From NCBI GenBank assembly GCA_041659945.1, contig JBAZXH010000001.1:425292-489291 (forward strand): a stretch of DNA of 64,000 nucleotides, written 5' to 3'. Of the stretch, positions 15,969 through 25,580 are shown piece after piece. The notes beneath the pieces are model-generated. The model was given only the letters and a program-made list of their open reading frames with translations, had not been told where the DNA came from and ran no database searches. Source of the stretch: Candidatus Pacearchaeota archaeon (lineage in GTDB: Archaea; Nanobdellota; Nanobdellia; Pacearchaeales; GW2011-AR1). The translations under genes and the position numbers were made by a program. Within the stretch, counting starts at the first letter, position 1. Every line of letters starts with the position of its first letter.

Positions 15969-18497
15969 ATGACAGATATTAATTTTGCACAAATTGAAAA
16001 GAAATGGCAGAAAAAGTGGGAACAGGACAAGATTTTTGAGGTAAAAGAGGGAAAAGGTAAAAAATATTATGTTCTTGAAATGTTCCCATATCCTTCTGGA
16101 GATGGACTTCACATAGGACATGCTTTTAACTATATTATTGGAGATATTTATGCTCGTTTTAAGCGAATGAGTGGTTTTAATGTGCTTTATCCTATGGGAT
16201 ATGATTCTCTTGGCTTGCCTGCTGAAAATGCTGCAATAAAAGCTAAAATTCATCCGAGAGAATATACAGAAAAGGCTGTTGCGAATTATATCAGGCAGCA
16301 GAAAGAGTTAGGATTGAGTTATGATTGGAATAGAATGGTTAAGACTCATGATCCGGAATATTACAAATGGGATCAGTGGATTTTTTTGAAGTTATTTGAA
16401 AAGGGTTTGGCCTATAGAAAAAAAGCTCCTGTAAACTGGTGCCCTAAATGTGATACTGTTCTAGCTAACGAACAGGTACATGGTGGAAAATGTTGGAGAC
16501 ATGAAGATACTGACGTTGAAATTAAACATTTGGAACAGTGGTTTTTTAAAATAACTGAATATGCAAATGAGCTTTATGATAAGGTTGATTCTTTAAAGTG
16601 GCCTGAAAGAATTAAAGCTATGCAAAAGAATTGGATTGGAAAATCGCACGGAACTGAGATTAATTTTGAGATTAATGGAGAAAATTGGCCAGTATTTACA
16701 ACAAGACCTGATACAATTTATGGAGTTACATTTATGGTTATTTCAGCTCAACATCCAAGATTAATGGAATTGGTTACTAAAGAACAAAAATCTGAAGTTG
16801 AAAAATTTTTAAAGAAAATAACATCAACTAGTGAAAAAGATATGGAAGAATTAAATAAGGAAGGAGCTTTTACTGGAAGTTATGCTATTAACCCGATAAC
16901 TGGAGATAAAATACCTGTTTGGGCTGGAAATTTTGTTGTTGCTGATTATGGTTGTGGAATGGTTATGGCTGTGCCTTCGCATGATCAAAGAGATTTTGAG
17001 TTTGCTAAAAAATATAAAATACCAATCATAGTTGTAATTCAGCCGGATGCTTTTGAATTAAATGCTGAAAAAATGTCACGAGCTTATACTGGTGATGGAA
17101 GGCTTGCTAATTCTGAAGAATTTAATGGTTGGAGTAATAGGGAAGCAATTGATGCTATAACTGATTATCTTCATAAAATTAAGAAAGGAAAAAAGGTTGT
17201 TAATTTTAAGTTAAGAGATTGGCTTGTTTCAAGACAGAGATATTGGGGAACACCAATACCAATAGTTTATTGTGATACGTGTGGAATTGTTCCAGTGCCT
17301 GAAAAAGAATTACCTGTTGAGTTACCTAAAGATGTTAAATTTGGGCAGGGAAATCCTTTGCTTACTAGTAAGGAATTTGCAAATGTTAAATGCCCTAAAT
17401 GTAAAGGAAAAGCAAGAAGAGAGACAGATACAATGGACACTTTTGTAAATTCTTCCTGGTATTATCTGAGATATTGTGATGCTCATAATAGCAAGGAAAT
17501 ATTTGACAAGAAAAAAGTAGCTTACTGGTGTCCAATTGATCAGTATATTGGTGGTGCTGAACACGCTTGCATGCATTTGATTTACTTTAGATTTTATACT
17601 AAGTTTTTTAGAGATTTGGGAATGATAAACTTTGGTGAACCTGCTGAGAGATTGTTTAATCAGGGAATGGTTCATGGAAATGATGGAGCTGTAATGTCTA
17701 AATCTCGTGGAAATGTAGTTTTGCCTGAAGAAGTTTCTAAAAAATATGGTATTGATACAGCAAGATTGTTTTTAATGTCAATTGCTTCACCTGATAAGGA
17801 TATTGAATGGAGTGATAGAGGAGTTGAAGGAAGTTTGAAGTTTGTTAAAAGAGTTATTGAGTATTTTTCTCTGGATAATCTTAAAAAAAGAAAAGGAAAA
17901 ACTTCTGCAAGAATTGAAAGTAAATTAAACAAAACAATTAAAGAAGTTAGTCAGGATATTGAAGAATTTCGGTATAACTTAGCAATTATTAAAATAAGAC
18001 AACTTTTTGAAGCAATTGAAGCAGAAAGTGAAATATCTAAAAAAGATTTGGAGGATTATTTAAAATTGCTTTCACCTTTTTGTCCACATATTGCTGAGGA
18101 ATTGTGGGAAAATTTGGGAAATAAACCTTTTATAAGTGTTGAAAAATGGCCTGTTGCAGATGAATCTAAAATTGATCTTAAATTAGAACAGGCTGAAAAA
18201 GCTGCTGAAAAGACCGTTGAAGATGTTTTTAATATTTTGAGAATAGTTAAAGAAAACGCTCATAAATCAAAGATTTCTGGCGCCTCAAGTTCTGGCGAAC
18301 TTAAGGAAGGAAAAGAACCTGAAAAAGTTTATCTTTATGTAATCCCAAATGAGCTTGGGAATTATAATAATGAAGTTTTGGCTAAAAGATTAAATAAGAA
18401 AGTTTTTGTTTTTGCAGTTAATGATTCTAAGAAGTATGATCCAAAAGGACTTGCTGGAAAGGCAAAGCCCGGAAGACCGGCGATTTATGTAGAGTAA
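15969..18497 (+). CDS. leuS: Leucine--tRNA ligase (bacterial-type)
   Basis: MFPYPSGDGLHIGH, FTTRPDT editing domain, SRQRYWGTPIP, RRETDTMDTF, VMSKS. Confidence 0.97.
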   Translation: MTDINFAQIEKKWQKKWEQDKIFEVKEGKGKKYYVLEMFPYPSGDGLHIGHAFNYIIGDIYARFKRMSGFNVLYPMGYDSLGLPAENAAIKAKIHPREYTEKAVANYIRQQKELGLSYDWNRMVKTHDPEYYKWDQWIFLKLFEKGLAYRKKAPVNWCPKCDTVLANEQVHGGKCWRHEDTDVEIKHLEQWFFKITEYANELYDKVDSLKWPERIKAMQKNWIGKSHGTEINFEINGENWPVFTTRPDTIYGVTFMVISAQHPRLMELVTKEQKSEVEKFLKKITSTSEKDMEELNKEGAFTGSYAINPITGDKIPVWAGNFVVADYGCGMVMAVPSHDQRDFEFAKKYKIPIIVVIQPDAFELNAEKMSRAYTGDGRLANSEEFNGWSNREAIDAITDYLHKIKKGKKVVNFKLRDWLVSRQRYWGTPIPIVYCDTCGIVPVPEKELPVELPKDVKFGQGNPLLTSKEFANVKCPKCKGKARRETDTMDTFVNSSWYYLRYCDAHNSKEIFDKKKVAYWCPIDQYIGGAEHACMHLIYFRFYTKFFRDLGMINFGEPAERLFNQGMVHGNDGAVMSKSRGNVVLPEEVSKKYGIDTARLFLMSIASPDKDIEWSDRGVEGSLKFVKRVIEYFSLDNLKKRKGKTSARIESKLNKTIKEVSQDIEEFRYNLAIIKIRQLFEAIEAESEISKKDLEDYLKLLSPFCPHIAEELWENLGNKPFISVEKWPVADESKIDLKLEQAEKAAEKTVEDVFNILRIVKENAHKSKISGASSSGELKEGKEPEKVYLYVIPNELGNYNNEVLAKRLNKKVFVFAVNDSKKYDPKGLAGKAKPGRPAIYVE
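18257..18306 (+). repeat. Twin-hairpin palindromic element, copy A (in-frame within leuS)
   Basis: CGCTCATAAATC-AAA-GATTTCTGGCG followed by CCTCAAGTTC-TGGC-GAACTTAAGG; encodes NAHKSKISGASSSGEL. Confidence 0.75.
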
Positions 18498-18522
18498 GAC
18501 TTTTTTTGGAAATTTAATCTTT

Positions 18523-18655
18523 TTGAAAACATACCATAATGGTTTGTGCTAACGCAAAACCTGCTTGGTTGATTTAAGTTTAAACATTATTATAGATTAC
18601 ATTAACCTTATTGAAGTCCAGCGAATAGATATGAGCTGTTGTTTTGTTGATTCAA
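18523..18655 (-). repeat. Dispersed structured intergenic repeat, copy 1 (inverted relative to copies 2-4, most diverged)
   Basis: TTGAAAACATACCATAA...GCAAAA...TTGAAGT..GCGAATAGATATGAGC...TTCAA is the reverse-complement pattern of the copies at 32669, 39439 and 48893. Confidence 0.7.
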
Positions 18656-18690
18656 GATACTTTTATATAATTTGATTTGTTCTTTTTTTG

Positions 18691-19353
18691 ATGGATAGAA
18701 AAAAACTTTTAGATTATAAGTTCAGAAAGAAACTTTGGCAGGAAAATATTAAGAATAATGATAAAAATATTAAAAGTCTTGTTGATTCTGCTTTGTCTAA
18801 ATTAAAATTGGATCGGAAGTGGAAAGTCTTTGTTATTGTTTCTAACTTTTTAGCTAAAAAGAATAGTAAGATGCCTCCATTTGATATTAATTCTTTTAGT
18901 TGCACATATCTTAATGTTTGTTCTGCAAAACAGGGTTATGAAATTGTAATGTTCTTTAATAAAGCGCGTATGAGTTTTCTTTCTAAAGATGCTTTGCAGC
19001 CTTTGGTTTTACACGAAAGTGTTCATGTTAAACAAGCAGTTGCTAATCCTGAAAAGTATTTGATGTCTGCTGTTGATGATGATCTTTCAGAGGAACTTGA
19101 ACTTGAGGCAGAAAAAGAATCTTCGAAATTTGATGAATTTAGAAAGCAAATGGTTTTGGAAATGGTGCTTTATTCTTATGATAATTTTAATGGTTGGAAG
19201 GGAGCAGAAAAAATGGTTAATTTTTTGTATAAAGACATACTGACAATTTACGGTCCAGGTTATCTGCGAGATATGACCAAAGAAGAATATGAAGCTTTTC
19301 AAGAAGCTAGAAGAAAAAAAGATATTGGTTTGTTTGTTAGGTGTTTTATTTAA
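18691..19353 (+). CDS. Hypothetical protein with HExxH (zincin-like) motif
   Basis: LVLHESVHVKQ with a downstream Glu cluster. Confidence 0.6.
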   Translation: MDRKKLLDYKFRKKLWQENIKNNDKNIKSLVDSALSKLKLDRKWKVFVIVSNFLAKKNSKMPPFDINSFSCTYLNVCSAKQGYEIVMFFNKARMSFLSKDALQPLVLHESVHVKQAVANPEKYLMSAVDDDLSEELELEAEKESSKFDEFRKQMVLEMVLYSYDNFNGWKGAEKMVNFLYKDILTIYGPGYLRDMTKEEYEAFQEARRKKDIGLFVRCFI

Positions 19354-19394
19354 GATATAGATAATATTAAAAAGTTTAAATTTGTTACATTAAA

Positions 19395-22193
19395 ATGAAA
19401 AAGAAGGTGAGAAAGAGAAAGTATAATTTTGTTTTAGTAGCTGGTTTAATTGTTGTTTTGTTGATTGTTGGTCTGGGAGTTTTATTTTATAATAAAAATA
19501 AAACTATAAGTGGTTTTGCAACCTATACTCCTGGAACTGTAAATTTAGATTCTCCTATCACTGGACAAGCTAGTTCTAAATGTACATATCCTCAATCTTA
19601 TAGTTTAAATAACGATTTATGGAGAGTTGATAGACAGTCAACAATATCTTTTATTAAAAATGGTTTTTGGAAGAATAACACAGATTATTGTTCTTATATA
19701 GATAAAACGGATCCTTATTATGATAGAAATGATGTTGTTATAGAACTTAATTGTGGTGGTTTTCTTGTATCTTCAAAAATGTGGAGACATATTCAGTGTC
19801 CTAAAGGTCAGGTTTGTAGAAGTGGTGCGTGTGTTGATAATACTCCTACAAAGTCTTTATCTAGCTCTACAAAATTTGGATCTGATTTAACTGTTCCATT
19901 TTATAGAACTTACAATCCATCAACAGGAGATCATTTTTACACTATGAGTGAAACTGAAAAAAACAATGCAGTTGCTAATTATGGTTACAGTGATGAAGGA
20001 ATTGCAGCATATATTTTTGATATTTGGGAGCCAGATACAAATCCATTGTTTAGAACTTACAATCCATCAACAGGAGATCATTTTTATACAACTGATGAAA
20101 CTGAAAAAAACAATGCAGTTGCTAATTATGGTTACAGTGATGAAGGAACTGCAGGTTATATTTATAATTCAGCTCACGGAGGTTTAGTTCCATTTTATAG
20201 AACATATAGTCCTTCAACTGGAGATCATTTTTATACAACAAATGAAAATGAGAAAGATTATGCAGTTGCTAATTATGGATATACTGATGAAGGTGTAGCT
20301 GGGTGGGTTTATGGTGGAATTAATCTTGAAGGCAAATATACTGGATTCTATGGTTTTCCCCAAACTTTTTTTGATGGTTCGTCTTTAAGTTCTAATGAAG
20401 TTGTTCAGGTAACTGATGTAATTTATAGTCTTGAAGGAGAATTAACAAATGGAATTTATCCAACATACTCTGGTCCGATTAATCAGCCAGATTTTCAAAA
20501 AATAGAGTACCAATTTGATGCTTATGGATCTAGCGGGTTTCCAATGCATTTAGGGGATTATGCATCTCCTTTAAATAATGGTGGAGATCATTCTTGGGAT
20601 GTAATTGCTCATGAAATGTCTCATAATTTTTGGAATGATAACAATTTCTTTTATACTTTAGCTGTTCCCGGTCCCTTTTTACAAGAATCTACTTCTGTTT
20701 TAACTGCACAATATGTTTATGAAAGAATAAAACAAGACTCAAATCATTTTAGTTTGTCTAAAAATAAAGTTGATAGCCTTGATAGAGTTTTTATTTCAGA
20801 GAAAGCATATCAAAAGTCTAGATATGATGAGTATATTAGATTAGGAAAACCATATTCTCAAGATGAATCTGGACCAAATTATGCAATATTAACAAGTCAA
20901 GCATTTGATTATAAAATGTTCTTAATTGGAGACCAGTATGGTTGGGATAAATTTCCAAGATTTTATAAAGGATTTTCAAATGAACTAAAAAGCCAATTTA
21001 GTTTTTGGCAAGATGGAGTTTCTGATATTGAAGAAACAACATATACAATTGCTGCTTTGAATGTTGCATTTAATCAAGATTTTAGACAAGAATTTAAAAA
21101 TTTGAATTTTCCTATCAATGATACTCTATATAATCAGATTTATCCAAAGATAAAAGAGTTTGTTGGTAAATGTATTTATGATTGGGACTGTGATGATAAT
21201 TTAAGTTATACAAAAGATTTATGTCTTAATTCTAATGATCATTATGAAAATGGAAGTTCTGCTTCTTTTTGTTATAATAAACCCCAATTAGTAGGAAATA
21301 GAACAATAAAGCTAGCTGTTGTTGAATTTGTTCCACAAAATGTTAAATATGGAGTATTATGTCTTTGTAAGAAAAGTTTTGGTTATTATTTCATGAATTC
21401 AATTGATTATTGTGATAATTTGGTTTCATGTTTTACTACTTTTGATATAACTAATAATCGTTTTGGACAAAAGTCATTTACTAATTTACCCTCTATAGAT
21501 CAGTTTGCTAATATTGGTATTACCTCTTTTATTGATGAAGGAGAGTTTAGGCTTCCCCATTCAATATTTTATTTAAATTCTTATCTTGGTAATGAATCTA
21601 AGAGGTATGGAGTGGATGTAAGTCCACAATTTAAGATTGATCTAAAAGGTCCATTTATTTTAGATGATCTACCTCCAGTGACTAATGGCATTGTAAATTA
21701 TTCTAAGGTTGATGATTATTTTGTTAATAAAATTAATAATAAAAGTTTAAATCTTTCAGGATATGATTATGTGACTGTTATTTATTTTGATGATTCTTTA
21801 GTGTCAAATGTTGACCGACATTCTTTTACTAGTCATTCGACTAGTTTGAATTCTAATTTTGTGTATATTGATTTAAGAACAGATTTAGTCGAAGATATAG
21901 GTTTACATACTTTAGCTCATGAATTATTGCATAAGATGGGGGCGAGTGATACTTATGTTTTTGGAGAAGGACCAAATGCTCCTTCTTGGTGCCATATGTT
22001 TGATTGTTGTACTGACCCTGATGGAATTCCCGAACCAAATAAAGTCCCTAAATATCCTCAGACTAAGGGGTGTTTGATGTGTGCTGGGGGCAGTATTGTG
22101 CTTAAATATGGTGAAGAACAACAAAGTGTTAGTAGTATACACCAAACTTTAATCTGTAATAAAACTGCTCAAGAGATTGGATGGGTTAATTAA
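19395..22193 (+). CDS. Membrane-anchored extracellular protein with three DUF5648-like repeats and two HExxH zincin-like domains
   Basis: N-terminal TM + SGFAT; 3x PxYRTYNPSTGDHFYT...YGYxDEG; AHEMSH...QES and AHELLHKMGA.D.Y. Confidence 0.8.
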   Translation: MKKKVRKRKYNFVLVAGLIVVLLIVGLGVLFYNKNKTISGFATYTPGTVNLDSPITGQASSKCTYPQSYSLNNDLWRVDRQSTISFIKNGFWKNNTDYCSYIDKTDPYYDRNDVVIELNCGGFLVSSKMWRHIQCPKGQVCRSGACVDNTPTKSLSSSTKFGSDLTVPFYRTYNPSTGDHFYTMSETEKNNAVANYGYSDEGIAAYIFDIWEPDTNPLFRTYNPSTGDHFYTTDETEKNNAVANYGYSDEGTAGYIYNSAHGGLVPFYRTYSPSTGDHFYTTNENEKDYAVANYGYTDEGVAGWVYGGINLEGKYTGFYGFPQTFFDGSSLSSNEVVQVTDVIYSLEGELTNGIYPTYSGPINQPDFQKIEYQFDAYGSSGFPMHLGDYASPLNNGGDHSWDVIAHEMSHNFWNDNNFFYTLAVPGPFLQESTSVLTAQYVYERIKQDSNHFSLSKNKVDSLDRVFISEKAYQKSRYDEYIRLGKPYSQDESGPNYAILTSQAFDYKMFLIGDQYGWDKFPRFYKGFSNELKSQFSFWQDGVSDIEETTYTIAALNVAFNQDFRQEFKNLNFPINDTLYNQIYPKIKEFVGKCIYDWDCDDNLSYTKDLCLNSNDHYENGSSASFCYNKPQLVGNRTIKLAVVEFVPQNVKYGVLCLCKKSFGYYFMNSIDYCDNLVSCFTTFDITNNRFGQKSFTNLPSIDQFANIGITSFIDEGEFRLPHSIFYLNSYLGNESKRYGVDVSPQFKIDLKGPFILDDLPPVTNGIVNYSKVDDYFVNKINNKSLNLSGYDYVTVIYFDDSLVSNVDRHSFTSHSTSLNSNFVYIDLRTDLVEDIGLHTLAHELLHKMGASDTYVFGEGPNAPSWCHMFDCCTDPDGIPEPNKVPKYPQTKGCLMCAGGSIVLKYGEEQQSVSSIHQTLICNKTAQEIGWVN
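19890..20325 (+). repeat. Three tandem 147-bp intragenic repeats
   Basis: The anchor TAGAAC recurs at 19904, 20051 and 20198; units 1 and 2 are near-identical in DNA. Confidence 0.9.
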
Positions 22194-22198
22194 CTTTT

Positions 22199-23926
22199 TT
22201 ATTTTTTCATATATTCATTTAAAAATCTGAAAAAATCTACATTGCCCTGGGACTTTGCCATTCTTTCTATAATTAACTCGGGTGTTGAGCTTGCTAGCTT
22301 TCCTAGAACTGGATTGTGGTCTACGATGAGTTCAAAATTATCATCTAGGCCCTTGGCCTCTATTCCATCAATTCGTGTTTCATCTGGCAGACAGTCCTGG
22401 ATGTGTTTTCCCAGATGGGTTGCAATTATCATAAAACAACCCTTGGATGTGAAATATTCTGCAGTTGCTCTGATTATGTTTCCTGCAACGCCTGGTTCGG
22501 TAACAGCTTCTATTTCATCTGCTAGGATCAGACTTTTATTTCCGGGTTTTATTTTTGATATTTGAGTTAGAAGATTTTCAAAAGCACCTTTATTTGTTGA
22601 ACCTTTATTTTTTGCAAAATAGTAAACTTCGGAAAATAGTGGAAGTTTGACTTTACCACGAGTTGGTAGGCCTATTTGAAATAACGAGATTAGTTGAATT
22701 ATGTGTTCTATTAGAGTTGTTTTTCCACCACTATTTGCTCCGGTAAGTATTGAACATTTGCTTTTGCTTGTTAGATTAAATGAGATTGGTTGGGCATTAT
22801 CTAAAAAGAGGTTATTTGAGTTTTCTATAATTAGACTGTCTGAGATTTCTGGAAAATTATTTGAATCTTGAGAGAACTTTGAAATTCCGGCTTGAAAATC
22901 AAAAAAAACAAGTGACTCTGAAAGTTTTTTTAGTTCGCTTGGAATGTTTTTTAGCTGGTTTGAATATTTTTTTATGTTTAGAGCTACATTTGAATGTTCT
23001 TCTATATTTTGTCTTTTTATTATGTCTTCTAACTCGGCTTCATCTATTTCAACAGGTATTTTTTTTGAAAATACGCTTTCAGGAAGATTAGTCTTTGAGA
23101 TTGATTGATTTATTATGGCTTCGAATTCATCTGGAAGTTTACTTTTACTTAACATTTTAAATAAAGAGTCTCCAGAGATTGTTAGCTCTTTAATTTTATT
23201 TGAAACTTCTTCATTTATTTCTTCAAGTTTTTCTTCTACAATGCTGCGAGATATTTTTTCGCTTTCCTGATTGTTGAACAGAAAAAAGAGTTTTGATAGG
23301 TTATTGGTTATTTGAGTGATTTCTTCGTTTGTTTGGTTTTTTTGAATTATTTCAATATTGTTTTTCCAGCTGGATAACATGGAAACGTATCTTTCTAGAT
23401 AAACTTCATCAATTGAATTTAGAAAAATGCTTTGAGGGAGGGTTTCTAGAACTCTGGAAAATTCATCACAGTCTATAACCTGAACTATTTCATATCTATC
23501 TAGATCAGAAATGTCATGGGGAGAAGTTAGTAACTGTACTGGACAGCCAACGTCTTTTAGTGTGAGAAAGGTATTTTCATTTTCGGTTACCACAAGAATG
23601 TCATAATTTGGTTTCCAGGTTATTTTTGGTTTTGTTATTTGTTTTAGGAAATTGTTATCTAATTCTTTTATTATACTCTTGAAAAATTCCTGCCTTTGGA
23701 TTATTTTATCTTTTTCTGTTGTAAAGTTGAATACTTTCAAGATTTTGTCAGTATCTTTAAACATAAAATTTGATGAAATCTTTGTTAGGACCTTTTTATG
23801 AACACTTTTTGCATCTAGAGTTTTTAGAATACTTTCATCTTCGAGTTTTATTGTTTTGCTTTTAATGGACTCTAGAAAGGGGTTTAGTTCATACTCTTTT
23901 ATGAAGTTTTTCAGCTCTTTTTCCAT
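22199..23926 (-). CDS. Archaeal MutS-family ATPase (MutS5-like, no mismatch-binding domain)
   Basis: Walker A TGANSGGKT, AGAFE-like KGAFE, LADEIEAVTEPG, ATHL. Confidence 0.85.
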   Translation of the reverse strand: MEKELKNFIKEYELNPFLESIKSKTIKLEDESILKTLDAKSVHKKVLTKISSNFMFKDTDKILKVFNFTTEKDKIIQRQEFFKSIIKELDNNFLKQITKPKITWKPNYDILVVTENENTFLTLKDVGCPVQLLTSPHDISDLDRYEIVQVIDCDEFSRVLETLPQSIFLNSIDEVYLERYVSMLSSWKNNIEIIQKNQTNEEITQITNNLSKLFFLFNNQESEKISRSIVEEKLEEINEEVSNKIKELTISGDSLFKMLSKSKLPDEFEAIINQSISKTNLPESVFSKKIPVEIDEAELEDIIKRQNIEEHSNVALNIKKYSNQLKNIPSELKKLSESLVFFDFQAGISKFSQDSNNFPEISDSLIIENSNNLFLDNAQPISFNLTSKSKCSILTGANSGGKTTLIEHIIQLISLFQIGLPTRGKVKLPLFSEVYYFAKNKGSTNKGAFENLLTQISKIKPGNKSLILADEIEAVTEPGVAGNIIRATAEYFTSKGCFMIIATHLGKHIQDCLPDETRIDGIEAKGLDDNFELIVDHNPVLGKLASSTPELIIERMAKSQGNVDFFRFLNEYMKK

Positions 23927-24004
23927 GTTTTATCTAATTTTAGTGTATTTTAAAGGTTTTATGTAGTTTGAAAGGTTTAAAAATGCAATTTTGTTTTGAA
24001 TGTC

Positions 24005-24253
24005 ATGAGCTTTAAAGGTTATATGGATCGTATTGAAAATAGAGTTGTTAATACAGTTCACTACGAGGCTTTTATCTTTGTTGGAATTTTGATTGCTGTT
24101 CTGAGTTTGATTAAGGTGTTGGGGATTTATGATTTTTCCTCTGACTGGCTGTGGTTTTTAGCAGGTGTCGGGCTTATGGTTGAGGGAGCTATTTCTTTGA
24201 TTAAACAAAGAAAGTTTGACAGGAAGTATAAGATTATAGAACGTAAGGATTAA
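24005..24253 (+). CDS. Small two-TM membrane protein
   Basis: Two hydrophobic helices and a basic C-terminus. Confidence 0.65.
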   Translation: MSFKGYMDRIENRVVNTVHYEAFIFVGILIAVLSLIKVLGIYDFSSDWLWFLAGVGLMVEGAISLIKQRKFDRKYKIIERKD

Positions 24254-24277
24254 AAAGAGATTTTTACTTAATAGTTT

Positions 24278-24937
24278 ATGAAAAGAGGTTTTCTAAAAGA
24301 TGGTTATAAGGCAATTATTTTTGATCTAGATGGAACTTTAATTAATTCTCTTCCGTATCATTTGATGGCCTTTAAGGATTTACTTTTGGAAAGAGGACTT
24401 AGACTTTCTGAACCCAAGGTCAAAGCTCTTTTTGGGAGGCCATCAATGGAGATTTTTGCAGAACTTAAAAAGCATTATCATTTTGATGAGGACATTGAAG
24501 ATTTGAGAGAAGAAAGAAGGTATCATTATTTTAAATTTATTGGAACAAAGAATATTGTTTTTCCAGGAGTTGTTAAAACATTAAAAAAATTAAGACTTGA
24601 TTATAAAATTGGTCTTGCTACGGGTTCTAGCTATGTTACCTATTCACATTCTACTGATAAAGATTTTCAGTCGCTTTTTGATTTTAGTTCTACGATTAAT
24701 GATGTGCGTCGCGGTAAGCCTGATCCTGAACAGTTATTTCTTGTTGCAAAAAAACTTAGGGTTAAACCAAGTGAGTGTATTGTTGTGGGTGATAGTGTTT
24801 ATGATGGAATTGCTGCATCAAAAGCAGGTATGAGTTATATTGGAGTAACCACGGGTTATACGAGTGCAAATGTTTTAGAAAAATATAAACCAATTAAAAT
24901 AATAAAAAGTATTTCTGAGTTGATTAAGCTTTTGTAA
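24278..24937 (+). CDS. HAD-family phosphatase (subfamily IA)
   Basis: IFDLDGTLINS, LAT, GKPDPE, VGDS..D..AA..AGM. Confidence 0.92.
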   Translation: MKRGFLKDGYKAIIFDLDGTLINSLPYHLMAFKDLLLERGLRLSEPKVKALFGRPSMEIFAELKKHYHFDEDIEDLREERRYHYFKFIGTKNIVFPGVVKTLKKLRLDYKIGLATGSSYVTYSHSTDKDFQSLFDFSSTINDVRRGKPDPEQLFLVAKKLRVKPSECIVVGDSVYDGIAASKAGMSYIGVTTGYTSANVLEKYKPIKIIKSISELIKLL

Positions 24938-24940
24938 TGT

Positions 24941-25069
24941 CATGAATTAAACCACAGCATTTACGCTGTGGATGTAACTTTGTTGGTTTAATTCCTGAGC
25001 ATCCAAAGCACGAGCGCCAAACAAACTATACACTTTAGTGTGTGGTGGCGCATCGTGCTTTTGATGTTT
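24941..25069. mobile_element. GC-rich double-domain palindromic element, possibly a non-autonomous IS200/IS605-type remnant
   Basis: GAATTAAACCA/TGGTTTAATTC encloses CCACAGC-ATTTAC-GCTGTGG; a long stem at 24997-25019/25046-25069 encloses CTATACAC-TTTA-GTGTGTGG. Confidence 0.5.
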
Positions 25070-25128
25070 AAAGATATCTTTTTTATACCATCTTAGTATT
25101 CAATAGTGTAAATATTGTTCTAATTTAA

Positions 25129-25572
25129 ATGACTATTTTTTGTGTTTATCTGATGGTTACAGATTGTTGCGTTAGAACTGATCATTATCTTGAATGTGTA
25201 CTTGGACATTTTAAAATTCTTGATATTGATCCGGGAGAGATTTGTCCAGAGACTTCTACTGAAGAGTTAATTAGTTTAATTAATGAAAGTAGTGTACCTC
25301 AACCAAGCTTGAGACATTATTTAATGATACAAAGTTGTTGGTTTAGGGATTTTGGATATTTTATGCAAAATGGAAATCAAAACGAAGTCATAAATCAGTG
25401 GGTGAGTTCTCCTCAACAAAGAGATCATCATTTAGAATATGCATTTAATTATATTCTGGGCCGTCCTCTAATTCTTGGTGAAGAATCTAGAAATTGGGTA
25501 AATGGATTTTTAAGAGGTTTGTCTAAAGAGTTTGATATGAGTGAGTATTATTCTTCCTTGCCCGCAAGATAA
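25129..25572 (+). CDS. Hypothetical protein
   Basis: 147-aa ORF filling the intergenic gap; no recognised motif. Confidence 0.55.
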   Translation: MTIFCVYLMVTDCCVRTDHYLECVLGHFKILDIDPGEICPETSTEELISLINESSVPQPSLRHYLMIQSCWFRDFGYFMQNGNQNEVINQWVSSPQQRDHHLEYAFNYILGRPLILGEESRNWVNGFLRGLSKEFDMSEYYSSLPAR

Positions 25573-25580
25573 TCGGATCT

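Noticed and set aside
19890..20325. 147-bp tandem repeats as CRISPR or a DGR template/variable pair
   Set aside because: They are in-frame protein repeats, the differences are not adenine-specific, and there is no reverse transcriptase in the window.
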